64,000 nucleotides of DNA from Eledone cirrhosa (lineage: Eukaryota): contig OZ024742.1 of the NCBI GenBank assembly GCA_964016885.1, positions 175,708,001 through 175,772,000 on the forward strand, read 5' to 3'. The translations under genes and the position numbers were made by a program. Position 1 is the stretch's first letter. Each line of letters begins with the position of its first letter. The notes below the pieces were generated by a model. That model saw nothing but the letters and a program-made list of their open reading frames with translations. It was not told where the DNA came from and made no database searches. Of this stretch, positions 1 to 12,861 are shown one piece after another.

Positions 1-548
1 TAATTTAATATTAGTAATCATGTAATTGCACCATATTTATGGCTATTTTCCCCATATTGCTGTACGTTAAAACAGCGTTTTCAGGCAATATTTTATGCCC
101 ACATGTCTTTTCAAATGCCAAATCTTTTAGTTTCCTCTTACAACATGAAGAAATACATCATTATTATCATCATTTAATGTCCTGCTAGAAAAGACAGGCC
201 ATGTTGCCAAAAACTACTAAGTACTCAACTGCACTCTACCAAGTACATTTTATTATAGCACCAATATTAGAAAAACTAATTTCCTTGACACAGCTGAAAA
301 ATCCTCACAACCCTTTGTTTGGTACGTTTTCTTTGACTAGATTCCTTCCTTATTGTCAACCACTTTACACAGTGTACTAGATATGTTTATTGTGTAGATC
401 AACAACACTAAGAGAATTGTCATATTTATTGCTCACCTGCAAAGTCCTCCTGACCCTTTGTTTGGCAAATCTTATATGGCATGAAACCCCTTCCCATTCG
501 CAACAAATTAACACAGTGTACTGGGTACTCTTATCATGTATATAACCA

Positions 549-724
549 TTAGCAGTATCAGTAGAGGGTCGGACGCCATGCTTTCCAGCATAGTTACGTC
601 CCTTTACGATCTGAGTTCAAATCCCGCCGAGGTTGACTTTGCCTTTCATCCTTACGGGGTCGATAAAATAAAGTACCATTAATGAACTGGGTTATTGCTG
701 GCCTTGTGCCTAAAGTAGAAACAA
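549..724 (+). mobile_element. tRNA-derived SINE, family A (slightly 5'-truncated)
   Basis: B-box GAGTTCAAATCCC, central GCCTTTCATCCTTACGGGGTCGATAAAATAAAGTACC, tail GGCCTTGTGCCTAAAGTAGAAACAA; seven near-identical copies in the window. Confidence 0.85.
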
Positions 725-1404
725 ATATATACTATAGGATTTCTCTTATGCAAACCATTAATTTCTCAAGATACTATTTTCCCTGTTAATAAGATTGTTT
801 CATATATCTGCTTACACTGGTGTCTATGGCATACTAATTATGGATTCCAAAATTTAAATATATTCAACACTATTGCCACCATTTTTGACAGCACGGGTCC
901 TCTAGTGTCTCATATTTAAGTTTGTTATTGAACATTCTTCAATTTCTTGCTGAAATTTTCTTATTGAAAAACTTGTATTTCCCTAAAGATTTTTTCCAAT
1001 TCTATAATAGCATTCTAACTTTCAGACTTTCTTTGAAATTAGTAATAAAATTTTTTACTGTAAATATTTTTAACGATAAATATCAATTTTGATATTTATG
1101 TAAAAAAAAAAAAAATAAATAAATATAAGCTTTTGAAAAAAGAAAAAAGAATAGAAATTATTGTTTACAAGTTTGAAATATCTGTTGGATGTTAGTTAAA
1201 AATTGGTTTCTCAGGGATATTGAATCAGTGTAAGGATGGTAGATTGAAACAATATTAGATTGTACAAAACTTACACAGAGACTTTGTACCCTATGAGCAA
1301 AATATGTAGAGAACAAGTTAATGAGGTCCCCTTTATGTAGTTACACAAGCTGCTAAAAATAGCAGCTGAATCTCCTTCACTGGATCACATCTTATAATCT
1401 TTGC

Positions 1405-1760
1405 CTTTTCATGACTATTTCAAATGAAATATACTTTTTTCAATTAGAGAATTCTGTAGATATTTCAAAAATTATTATTTAATTTCCAAGATAGTAACTT
1501 AATATATGGTGGTTTATATAAATTATGTTGGAAGAATTTAATTTAAATAGAAACCCTTTAGCATGGCATTTCAAATGAAATACACTATTGTGATTAATTA
1601 ATGAAACATTTTTAAGAATTCCCTAAAATTATTATTTCATTTCTAAGATAGTAACTTAAACATAATTCTTTATATGAAATGATGTTGAAAGATTTCTAGG
1701 AACATAATCTTTTTGTGACTCTATTTTTTATGAAATACACTATTTCAATTAATTAACAAT
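1405..1760. repeat. degenerate ~155-bp tandem repeat (about 2.3 units)
   Basis: Recurring TTTCAAATGAAATAYAC ... AAAATTATTATTT ... AAGATAGTAACTTAA ... ATGTTG blocks at ~1417, ~1570 and ~1728. Confidence 0.55.
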
Positions 1761-1876
1761 TATTTTTTAGGTCTTTACTGAAAGTATTTTTAATAAATAC
1801 ATTTTTCAATATTTTCTGCTAAATCATTAGAGGATGGTATGAGGTATTGTCGATTTTAAGGATCTTGTGTTAAATT

Positions 1877-1989
1877 AATTGTTTCTACTTTAGGCACAAG
1901 GCCAGCAATTACCCAGTGCATTACTGGTACTTTATTTTATCGACCCCGTAAGGATGAAAGGCAAAGTCAACCTTGGCGGGATTTGAACT
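1877..1989 (-). mobile_element. SINE family A, 5'-truncated
   Basis: Reverse complement of the 3' part of 549-724, ending at the B-box. Confidence 0.85.
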
Positions 1990-2504
1990 TGTGTTAGGAC
2001 TGTCTATATTATGTCAATATTATATTGGATAGAAGACTACTAATGTTAAATTAATATAAGGCTGTTAATGTTATGTAAAACATTGTTTCATACAAAATTT
2101 CTGTTAACTTAATATGACAAATAATATTATATAATAAACTATGATTGATAAGTTTCAGAAAGCTGGTACAATACAGTAGAAATATATAAAGGGCAAATAA
2201 ACCAAAACAAAATAATGTTTTACCCAGTATATTTCAACATAATATTTCAGGGCTGTTGCCCTCTTTTCAAATGAAAGTGGTTCAAAACAAAACAAATGAT
2301 CGATGTGTTTGTAGTGACCCCTAGCGGTGAAATCCATAACTCATGAGAGTTACATCCCCATACGGAGACACATTTTGGCCGCTTACTGAGATTGCACCAA
2401 TGGCATATCATTCTTCTAAAGCATTTGCCGCTGTTTCTCACCCAGCGTAGGCCACAACTGGCCATACCACCTGCGCGGCAATTCATACAGACAGCGCAGC
2501 TATA

Positions 2505-4935
2505 ATGGCTATGCAGAAAGCCATTCTGGAACTGACGGCGGCAGTTAACCTCAGAATAAAGCCACCAAACCGCCATTTCTTCATCAAGGACCTTATATCT
2601 GGAAGAGGCTTCCTCGTAGATACAGGAGCCGCTTGTAGCATTTGGCCGGTCCATTGCCTAAAAGATACCCCTGTGGAATCATCCGTTACTCTGCAGGCCG
2701 TTAACCACTCACCTATAAAGACGTACGGATAAATCTCGCTTCCTCTCAAATTTCTAAATCTTCGTAGGGATTTTAAATGGAATTTTACGGTCGCTGACTT
2801 GTCATACCCAATCTTAGGAGCGGATTTCTTCCACAATTTCTCCTTGACTGTGGATGTCCGAGGCCAACGTCTGGTGGATGACATCATCGGTTTTTCAATT
2901 CATGGCCGAAAAGCCACAGCTTCAACGGTCAGCCCGCCCAATATTCTTCATCGTTGCCGCTGGAAACGCCTACCATTCGTTATTAGGTTCGTTCCGGAGC
3001 TCATCGATGGAAATTTTCGAGTTACTGAGCCAACTCACTCATCCGAACATTTTATTTCCACAACCGGTGCTCCAATATTTTCACGTCCACGTCATCTACC
3101 GGCGAACAAATTAAAGGCAACACGGTCCGAGTTTGACCATATGCTGCAGCTGGGCATTATTCACCCATCTACGTGTCCTTGGGCTTCACCGTTATATATG
3201 GTGCGCAAGACTTCTGGCGACTGGAGATCCACTGGGGATTATAGGAGGTTAAACGCGATGACCGTCCCGGATATATATATTTTATAGACGTTTCGTTCCT
3301 CAATGTGCAAAATTACTATCTTCCTTTACAGATTCTGAAAAATCATCGTAAGAAGAATGAAGATATTTCCTTGACACAAGGACAGCTCAAAGATTTCCAG
3401 ACTGCCAAGACAGCACTTGCTAATTCATCCTTGCTACCCCACCCAGTACCAGATCCAAGCTTTCGCTTTGTGTTGATGCATATGATACCGCTGTCGGAGC
3501 AGTTTTACAACAGTATAACGCTGCAAACCAACAGCCTTTGGCATTTTTCTTCAGGAAGCTGAAACCAGCAGGAACTCATTACAGCACGTTATTACCCATA
3601 TATCTGTCGTTGAAACATTTTTCTCATATTATGAGGGAAGAACTTTTACGGTTTGAGGGATAAAGCCGACAAATATTCACCCAGAGAGACAAGGCACCTT
3701 GATTACATTTCGCAGTTTACAAATGATATACAGCACATTTCTGGCTCACTAAACACAGCTGCAGACGCCTTGTCATGCTTGCTAATCAGCTCGATTTCGT
3801 CATCCCAGGAGATAGATTTAACTCGTTTGGCAGCAGACCAACCTGCACTCTAATCGTTTGATACTTCATCACCTGAGTTTGCGACTTGCAACTTGAAATA
3901 TCTGCACTTCTTGACTACCGAAAGGCAGATCCTCTGCGATGTATCTACAGATTCACCATGATCTTATGTACCCAAGACTCACCATCGAATTGTGTCCCTT
4001 GCTTTGCACAGCATTTCTCACCCGGGAATTTCAGCCACAGTAAAGCTCATAACGGCTAGATTTTTCTGGCCAAATATGAGGCGAGAAATTACTGCCTTAT
4101 GCCGTTCCTGCACACAGTGTCAAGTCTAAAGTCCACAGTACATCCGGACTCCACATGGTACTTTCAGTACTGCGGATTTTCGTTTTCAACACATCCACAT
4201 TGATATCGTTGGACCTTGGTCATTCAGTAGTGGATATTCTTACATTTTGATCTGCATTGATCGTTTTTCGCGATGGCCTAAAGCCAGCCCCTTGACGGAC
4301 ATTACCGCTGAGACTATAGCACGTGCCCTGGTAGCAGGGTGGATTTCCCGCTATGGCGTGCCAACCACAATTACCACAGACCGTTGTAGGCAATTTGAAT
4401 CTCATCTCTTCTCAGAGCTGACAAGTCATTGGTGCTCAACGAATCCGGACCACAGCTTATCCTGCTTCGAACGGAACGGTGGAACGTTTTCACCGCCAAT
4501 TAAAGGCCGCTCTTCGCGCCTACCCAGACCCTCTATGTTGGAGCGAGTACCTTCCTATTGTGTTATTAGGTCATCAATAAAGCAGGACCTTGGGTTCTCC
4601 CCGGCCGAATTATTGTATGGTGCCCCTCTTGCGTTGCCTGGGCAAATGCTTTCCCCTGTTGATCTTGCCTTTCAGGATCCTCTTTCCTATGTATCTCGTT
4701 TGCGCTCCTATTTTCAGGACTTACCGCCTATGAATACTAGGGAACAAACTATTAAAACTCAGTCCCGACGGATATTGCCCCGTGGACACGTCTTCGTCAG
4801 AAACGACACGGTTAGTCCACCTCTCACCCAATCGTACTCTGGACTCTACCGTGTGTTAGCACATACAAACATTTCACAGTAGACATTAAGGGATGCAGAG
4901 AGACAATTTGGGTGGATAGACTAAAAAGGGCATAC
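2505..4935 (+). pseudogene. pol: Gypsy pol pseudogene (PR-RT-RH-IN order) with stops, frameshifts and RT-core deletion
   Basis: ORF fragments 2505-2732, 2799-3287, 3653-3853 and 4247-4882 carry Gypsy pol motifs in order. Confidence 0.88.
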
Positions 4936-5238
4936 ACTGACGCTCATACACCTGAGCCCCAAATACTCCAATCTTTCTCTATTGTGCATTCACCTGCTCC
5001 TCTGCACCTACATATAAGACCACAACCCGATCCGGTCGAAGAGTCCACTGGCCAAAAAAACTGTCACATTTTTTATGAGCTGGCCACTGGAGCCTTTTAT
5101 TTTATTTTTATTTGAATTATGTATGCGCGTACCCTTTGATTTTTTTTGTTACTGTTTCATGCCTTTGCTTGGATCCCATGCTTGCGTGTTCGCTACAATT
5201 ACGTTCGGGCTTTTCGCCTATCGTCTGGAGGAGGGTAT

Positions 5239-5472
5239 TGTAGTGACCCCTAGCGGTGAAATCCAGAACTCATGAGAGTTACGTCCCCATCGGGACTATA
5301 TATAGAGACAGTGAAAGCGCTCTATCTCTCTCGTTCCACTCGCAGCAGCCTTCACCACGTCACGTGGGAAGCAAATTACCAGCCTACTCCAGTGAACATG
5401 TTGAGAGCAACTCTCTCCTCCACTATGGTCTAAAACTCACCAATAGCCTAATGAGCCAACTACACCATCACA
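5239..5472 (+). repeat. 3' LTR of the Gypsy element
   Basis: TG...CA termini, TATATATA box, preceded by the PPT; homologous to 10214-10512. Confidence 0.8.
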
Positions 5473-5507
5473 ACTTGTGGTAAAATATGTATTGTTCTAT
5501 TTTTGAC

Positions 5508-5852
5508 TTCATCATCATTCATCATCATTTCATTTTACGTCCGATTTTTCCCTGCTTGCAAGGGTGGGACGGGAACTGATTCTGGCTTGATTTCTACAGT
5601 TGGATGCCCTTTCTAACACCAACCTCATTTACAGTGAGTGCTGGGTGCTTTTTTGCCGTAGCACCTGCACGACCACTTTGCAGTGGAATGATAGAGACCC
5701 CAATCCCAATCATCTCATTTCTACAGCTGAGTAAACTAGTGCAATGTGAAATAAAGTGTCTTGCTCAAGGAAACATCACCCGGCCTGAGAATTGAACTCA
5801 CAACCTTTCGACTGCAAGGCCAATGCTCTAACCACTAAGCCATGTACTTCCA
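5508..5852 (-). mobile_element. tRNA-derived CORE-like SINE, family B, with RTE-type 3' tail
   Basis: Reverse complement of 35068-35405: A-box TGGCTTAGTGG, B-box GAGTTCAATTC, CORE-like CCTTGAGCAAGACACTT, tail shared with the RTE at 60571, (GAT)n end. Confidence 0.85.
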
Positions 5853-6450
5853 TGAAGTAAATCTTTATATAAACACACAAAGCCATTCTTGTAATTTTAA
5901 CAACATTTATCTTATATAATATCATTCTTCTAAATGTTCTTCAATAACTGGTCTAAGTGTCTAAAGTACCCATGTGTGGAGCTGATATCATAGCCAATCA
6001 GCTCTGTGCATTTCCAATCATATTTACTTCTGACTACTTTTTGTTTATGCTAATGGCCTCTTTGATTCTTAAATTTTCCATATTCCTTTTTGTTGCCTCT
6101 ATGTTGACCTCAATGAAACAAATTGGCTACTATAATGGCCCCATGCATATCAGTTAATGAAGAACTCATCAGTCGTCTTTTTTCGATCTGAACCATTTCT
6201 GCTTTAAATTTGAATAAAGGGTAATATCCCTGAAGTATCATGTTGAAATATACTGGGTAAAACATTTGTTTTGTTTTATTTGTCATCCTTTACCATTTAT
6301 GTGTGCCATCCTTCTGAAACTTAGTCATTTATTACATATCTCACAATACTTCATATTAAATATACTTCTTTATAATAAACTGTTTTATACAGAACTTCAA
6401 ATGTTAAATCAATATATGTCTCTTAATGCTATGAAATATGTTGTCTTCTA

Positions 6451-7225
6451 CTAGGTGTCAGAAAAGTAACAGGACAGTGCTTTTTGAGCTGAGTATGGTG
6501 AGGATTAGTGGGTTGTGTCACCATGTGTTGTAATATCCACAGAGTATATAACTGATCTCTCTCTGCAGCTATTGTATGTTTTTCACGTGATTTTGTAAAC
6601 TTGAAGTTTCTACTCTGGCTGCGAAAGACTCCATCAAAAGCACTTGATAATGAGACAATGTGATGCTCACGGGTTTTGAGTGGCACAAAAGTTTCAAATA
6701 GGGATGCAAAGACATGGAACACAACTCCAGGAGCAGAAGGCCTTCAATGAGTAGGACTTAAACCAATGTTGAGCACATGAGACAGGTGGTCTGTGGTGAT
6801 TGTCAGATGACTGATCCAGTGATTGCAAGTGAATTAACCACAACAGCATTTGGAAGATTACCGCTGAAGAGTTGGGCATGTGAAAGATATGTGCAAAGAT
6901 GGTGCTGAAATAGCTGAAGAATGACCAGAAGTTGTGTCAAGAAATCCTTGAGCATCTTGAAACTGAACCAAACTTGCTGGGTGTCACAGGGGAGGTGTCA
7001 CAGATCTTTGATTATGACCTGCAGACCAAATGGCAGAGCCTTCAAGATGGAGCTATGGATAATCCCAGGAGAATCCTTTCATGAGTGCATAGAATTATGG
7101 CTTACAAGATTGGGAAAGTGTTAGATTCGAGGGGGATTGTTCTGAAGAGAAAAACTTATGGTTTGTAATTTTGGATTTGAGACTTTTTTTTGCGACCCCA
7201 GACCTGTTTCTTTTGACACACCTCG
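6451..7225 (+). mobile_element. mariner (Tc1/mariner) remnant, internally deleted
   Basis: TA-flanked imperfect TIRs CTAGGTGTCAGAAAAGTAACAGGAC / GACCTGTTTCTTTTGACACACCTCG; degenerate VFEWHKxF, CAKMV and VTGxxS..FDYD..TK motifs. Confidence 0.7.
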
Positions 7226-9616
7226 TATACAAAACGACTAATATTGAAATAACATAAGGTTGCTAATGTTATGTCAAAAACTGTAATGTTTAATATAAGG
7301 TTGATAATGTTATTCCATAAATTTTCTTGTATACATGACTATTGGTGTTAAATTAACATAAGGCTGTTGACGCTATATAATAAATAACCTGTAATATGAC
7401 AGGTAACATTTTATGTGAAATATATGAAAGCATTTATAAATTATATATGGGTTAAATTACTGTAGAAACAACAATGGGCTTTGTCAATTTCGATATAAAA
7501 TTTCATTTAGATACAATGTAACATGTAACCACTTACTGTAAGTGGGTATAGAATACATTTTTTAAATGACAAGGTAGTGCTGTCTTTATTTGAACTCGTG
7601 AATATAGTCAAACTTTCACAATACCAAAATATCTAAGATCATCCCTTTTTATTTTAAGATTTTAATATTTATCTAAAAACTGTCAGTTAGAAGAACAATT
7701 AAGTTGTGTTCCAAACAGCAGTTAAATAATAAAAAAAAAGTTAAATTACCAAATTCCTCAATTTTTTTTATTTTCAAAATTATTTAAAAACCATAGGAAG
7801 TGGTTCTTAGCAATATGGTAACGAAAGAGTTAAACTTAAACATATATTTCAATTACTGGTAGTTTGATAGCATTTACTGATTTGGCTAAGAAACATTTCA
7901 ATATTATATGTTGAAACTTTGGAATCGTAGAATGCTGACATATTAGAATATTTCCTTTCGTTCTGACTGAACAAGCTTCAATACTTTTGTTGAATAGATC
8001 AATAAGTTATTCTAACGAACAATTCCATAGCAAAAATATCCTTTTAACTTAACGCTTCATCTATCAAAAGAAACCTGAATTAGCAAATATTCTATCTAAT
8101 CCATCTTCAAATAATTAACGTAATTTAACCTTTTACAACTCCTACTACTCATGAACCTCTGATATATAGATAACATAATTCTAGATATGATCTTTAAATT
8201 ACTAAAGATGTTTATTAGCTTTAATTAATGACTTTGATATTTAAGTTAAACTCATAACAAATGATCAAAGAGTTGAACGAAAATCAGAAGATATAATAAA
8301 CCTAGCCTCATAACACTCACACACATAAATAGTTACATATACATATATTACAATCATATGAAAAAATTCCCTGAATTAGAAATATTTCTAGGAATATAAA
8401 CTGAACATGTAATTTTGCTTTCAAAATACAGTTACTGTATCATAACAAAACGAAATTTGAAAAGAAGGAAAAAAGAAAAAAGGGGTCAGAAATAGAGAAG
8501 TGGCAAGCTCTACACCCTTGGTTGTGTGGTATATCTCAGCTGTGCCACATGAATAAGATGGCAAAGCAGTTGCAACAGAACACTTAACAATAATTACTGC
8601 ATCAGCCATTTCACATATAAGGACTCCTTCAGGTATGATGCTTCCTGTCCCAATTTAACAGAGAAATGGCAGTCTAGGGACCATAGACAATAAGTTTCAG
8701 CTAATCAATGGCTTGCATTTAACCACCTTTCCCTCGAGTTGTGGGCAGCAATGAACAGGTGTGTGGTAGAAGGGATAATGTTAGCACAGAAGATAGTGTC
8801 ACATGTAGCATTCAAATTAAGAATTTCATCCCACTAAAATGGGAAAAGTGTTATCTCATCTGGGCATTCACCATGACCAAAGCTGACACTCCAGTTGTGA
8901 CAAAGAACCAGCTCTGTCAAAATAATTATATCTTAAATTTTCTTCATGTTTAATAGTCATTTACTTTGAAAATAGATTTAGAAAATAGTGTGATATTCAT
9001 AGGACTATGGCCATGCAAATAGGACATTAAATGTTAAAAATAACAGCAAATATTTTGGAATCTCACCTTGGATTTGTTTAATGGTCCTTCTTATTTTCTG
9101 ATAAAATTCCTTCAAAGTAAGTCAGAAAATTAATTTGGAGCTAGCTATCCTATGTTAATTTTAAAAATAAAGTCTTCCAACATAATGTGTTACAAGAACA
9201 GTTTTGCTAAGTTACATAATAGATAACATTTTAGTATTGACATGATTAATTATTCTCGTAAATTCCTTCAAATTCTTCACAATTGAACTAATGTATTACA
9301 TCAGAAATATTGTCACAAAATAGGTACAATGCTTGTGAGTAACATAATGAATTGTTTCGTCAAATAGAGATGTCATGAATTTATTTTTGTTCTTCATACA
9401 TTCATATATTTTTATTATTTGCCTAATGTTACTCACAGCCATATGATGGATAACACTAGTAGAATATAAACATTAAGAATGTATAAAGTTGTAGCAAGGA
9501 GAATTTAGAGTAAGTATAAGGTAGAATAGATATAAAGATATAAAGAGATTATGTAATGTGACAGCACATTGATGACATCCATCACCTTCATACCTGTAAT
9601 TATTATAGATATGGAC

Positions 9617-9770
9617 ACTGTAAACCTGGTTGGTGTTAGGAAGGGCATCCAGCCGTAGAAAACCTGCCAAATAATCCTATACGAGCGAGACGACCAATCT
9701 TGCCTCAAGTGGGATAATTTCCGTCTAAACCATGCTAGCGTGGGAGATAGACGTTAAACGATGATGATGG
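9617..9770 (+). mobile_element. RTE LINE 3' UTR fragment
   Basis: GGTTGGTGTTAGGAAGGGCATCCAGC...CCGTCTAAACCATGCTAGCGTGG...GACGTTAAACGATGATGATG matches the reverse complement of 60571-60735; more decayed copies near 27350-27500, 39322-39470 and 40480-40600. Confidence 0.8.
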
Positions 9771-10213
9771 TTGTTGATATACTGGAATCGTTTTGGATAT
9801 GGTTATAAAAGACATGGTTAGGTTTATTTGACATCTAGAGTATTATGTATCTAATAGTTCAGATTGAATTTTGATTTATGAACAATATTTTTTTGAGTTC
9901 ATGGATAGCATTGGTTGGAGTCACTTTGTGTCCATGTTAGGGTAATTAACTGTCCTGGTTATGTATATATCATAAATAAATCTAAATAAAATGAACCATT
10001 GTTATTTCTCCATTGATAGTAAAATAATAATTATTTTACTAACAAATGGGTAATAGCAATCTGGTGTATAAGTGTTTAGAAGAATGGTATTATAACAGAT
10101 AATAGTTGTAGAAATAACATCAATGGCTTTTTGGTTTATATACAAAGGTTTACTTCATTGAAGTCAAAGAAAGGACAATAAACATATTACCACAAATTGT
10201 GAAGATTGAACGA

Positions 10214-10512
10214 TGTAATGGTGTAGTTGGTACATGAGGCTGTTGGTGAGTTTTAGACCATAGTGGGCGAGAGAATTGCTCTTAACATGTTCACTGGAGT
10301 AGGTGAACTAAAATACGGAGAAGGCAGAGTTGCATCTTGATTCCGGGACGGCTGGCTGTGTAAGAGAGATAAAGCACTTTGGCTCTCTTTATATATAGTC
10401 CCCATGGGGATGTAACTCCATTTACTTCTGTTGTTGACACTAGGGGGTCACTACAGTCCCCAAGGGGCGTAAATCTCATGAGTTCTGGATTTCACCGCTA
10501 GGGGTCACTACA
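10214..10512 (-). mobile_element. solo LTR of the same Gypsy family, with duplicated 5' head
   Basis: Reverse-complement homology to 5239-5472; GGGGTCACTACA occurs twice (ending ~10454 and 10512). Confidence 0.8.
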
Positions 10513-12571
10513 AGTGGATCCATATATCATATTTTCTCATGTATATATCAGAAATGCTAGACTAAAACTGAGGTGCAAAAATTAAGGTTATATTATATAC
10601 GAATACGCGTTTTCAGAAATGTTTACTGAGCTTAAAAATAATCATTTCAAATGGTAAGATTGCAAATACGTGTTGATATCAATTGCTTACAAATGGTATT
10701 TGATATATCGGCAATATATGTTGTTTGGGAATCAGCATAATTGAACATCATTTGTCTCAAAAAAAGGAAATTGATAAAATAAATTACATAAGATCTGTCA
10801 TGTTTGATAACATTATCATTGCAACTGATGCCTAACTATTGTTAAAATATATACTTTTTAATGAAAATCTGAATATTGAAGTGAAATATGTGTGAGATTG
10901 TGATTTTGAGGGATAACATGATTCAAGTTTACAAAATAATTTACATAGACTTAGTTGTACTCCAGAGCCATTATTCATGAAGATGTCATTCATTCCTATT
11001 ATTTTAGCTTCAGTAACAGAGATTGTTTTATACGCTAGTCATATTATACACATACACACAGTAGAAAAACAGTAAATATAAATAGAACGATTGCTATTTT
11101 TCTATTGGTAGTTAGTGAATTATCTTTTGTGCTACCAACTGAAGTATTGTAATGCAATGTTTAGAATGAAGTATCTAGTGATGAAGTGAATTACTCAAGA
11201 TATGAATAATCTTGTATAAAATATGAAATTATGGAGGAAGCAGCAATAGAGCTCAGAACTTCTTTCATTCTACTATTACAAATTTAAATTCATATTCAAG
11301 TTTTCTCTTGCAATAAATAAAGACATTAAAAAGTTGAAATTATAATTAAAAAATAATAAAAATAATAATAAATATAAGACACCGAAATTTTCCACTTCTT
11401 TTTTCCAATATTATCTAATCTCTCATCATATCATAATACTAGGGAAGCAACTAAATACCTTTCATGTTTCTCATTAAATTGATGTTGTGAGGTACTTTAA
11501 GTTTCAGTAAAGTCACAAGAGAATCCATATCTGTAACAACCTGAAATTCTTCAGTGTATTACTATATATTCAATATTATCTTACTGCTCCTGTTACACCT
11601 ACTTTAAACATTCTACTCATTAGCAAGGCCCATCTCCTCTGTGTTGAAAGGAAAGCCTTGAATGATTCATTTGTTTGTTTTATGGCTTTGTTTCAAAAAT
11701 GGGACAGAGTTGCACATTTACTGATCCTTCCAAGACATGTTATAGCAAAACCATATGTATTTAACTAGATGATCCTGTGAAAATGCCATGTTGTAATAAA
11801 AAAAACTACCAAATAGTAACGATCAATATGATATTTTAAAGTCGTGTTCAAATCATTAAATGATTTGAACACAACTTTGATAATTATATCATTTATTTAT
11901 TTTCCTGCTCTGTAAAACAACTGATGTTCATACATTGAGCTATTTCTCTTACTGGTAATAAGGTAATAAGAAATTACTGACCCTCCTGTTTATAGTTGTT
12001 TATACTATATACATAACTATAAATAGTATTATTATTATTATATATAAATATAAATATATATATAAATATAAATATATATATAAATATAAATATATATATT
12101 GTTATACTTGGGGAGGGTCATATTGTTGTAATAATATTACCAGAATTAATAACATAACACACTCACTGTTTGGGTGGTTTTCGCTTCAGTATCTTTTATA
12201 TCAGTTAATTTATTCGGTCCTCAATGTTTACCATTGACTGACCAACGGTCAAAAATACATATATAATATAGACAAACATATATATAGTCTAACAAAGTTC
12301 TTGCGGAGTCAAAAAAAAAAATATATATATATATATAAATATATATATAAATATATATATATAAATATATAAACAAATATATAAATATATATATAAATAT
12401 ATAAATAAATATATAAATATATATATATATATATAAGTAGAAGTGGTATTTAATTTGCTAGAAGTCCGACAAATATAAATTTTTATAGCTGATTTAGAGC
12501 ACTCAACAGTTTACTGGAGAAAATATTCAATAATATTAAAGAAATGGAAATTATATTTATAAAACCATATT

Positions 12572-12636
12572 TATTTTATTATATATATTTCACGGGCAAC
12601 CAAGACAACATTGGTACACTTTCATCAGATAAAATA
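12572..12636 (-). ncRNA. type I hammerhead ribozyme (PLE terminal-repeat family H1), inverted copy
   Basis: Minus strand: TATTTTAT-CTGATGA-helix II-GAAA-TATATA-TA-ATAAAATA. Confidence 0.75.
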
Positions 12637-12645
12637 CAAACTTTG

Positions 12646-12710
12646 TATTTTATCTGATGAAAGCGTACCAATGTTGTCTTGGTTGCCCTTGAAATATATA
12701 TAATAAAATA
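12646..12710 (+). ncRNA. type I hammerhead ribozyme (family H1)
   Basis: Helix I TATTTTAT/ATAAAATA; CTGATGA 12654-12660; helix II AAG..ACCAA/TTGGT..CTT; GAAA 12691-12694; palindromic TATATA; UA cleavage site. Confidence 0.8.
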
Positions 12711-12861
12711 AATAAGGTTTTATAAATATAGTTTCCATTTATTTAATATCATTGTATATATATATATAAACATATATATGAATAAACATATATATAAACA
12801 TATTTATATATATATAAATAAATATACATATAAATATATATATAAATATATATATATATAT

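Larger units (their letters stand above)
2310..5472 (+). mobile_element. Gypsy/Ty3 LTR retrotransposon, decayed and internally deleted
   Basis: LTR head TGTAGTGACCCCTAGCGGTGAAATCC at 2310 and 5239; protease FLVDTGA; RT start WASPLYMVRK..GDYRRLN; RNase H; integrase [13 protein letters not shown]; purine tract GGAGGAGGG just before the 3' LTR. Confidence 0.92.

Noticed and set aside
8421-8953. Short ORFs in a GC-richer patch
   Set aside because: No recognisable motifs; probably a very old TE remnant
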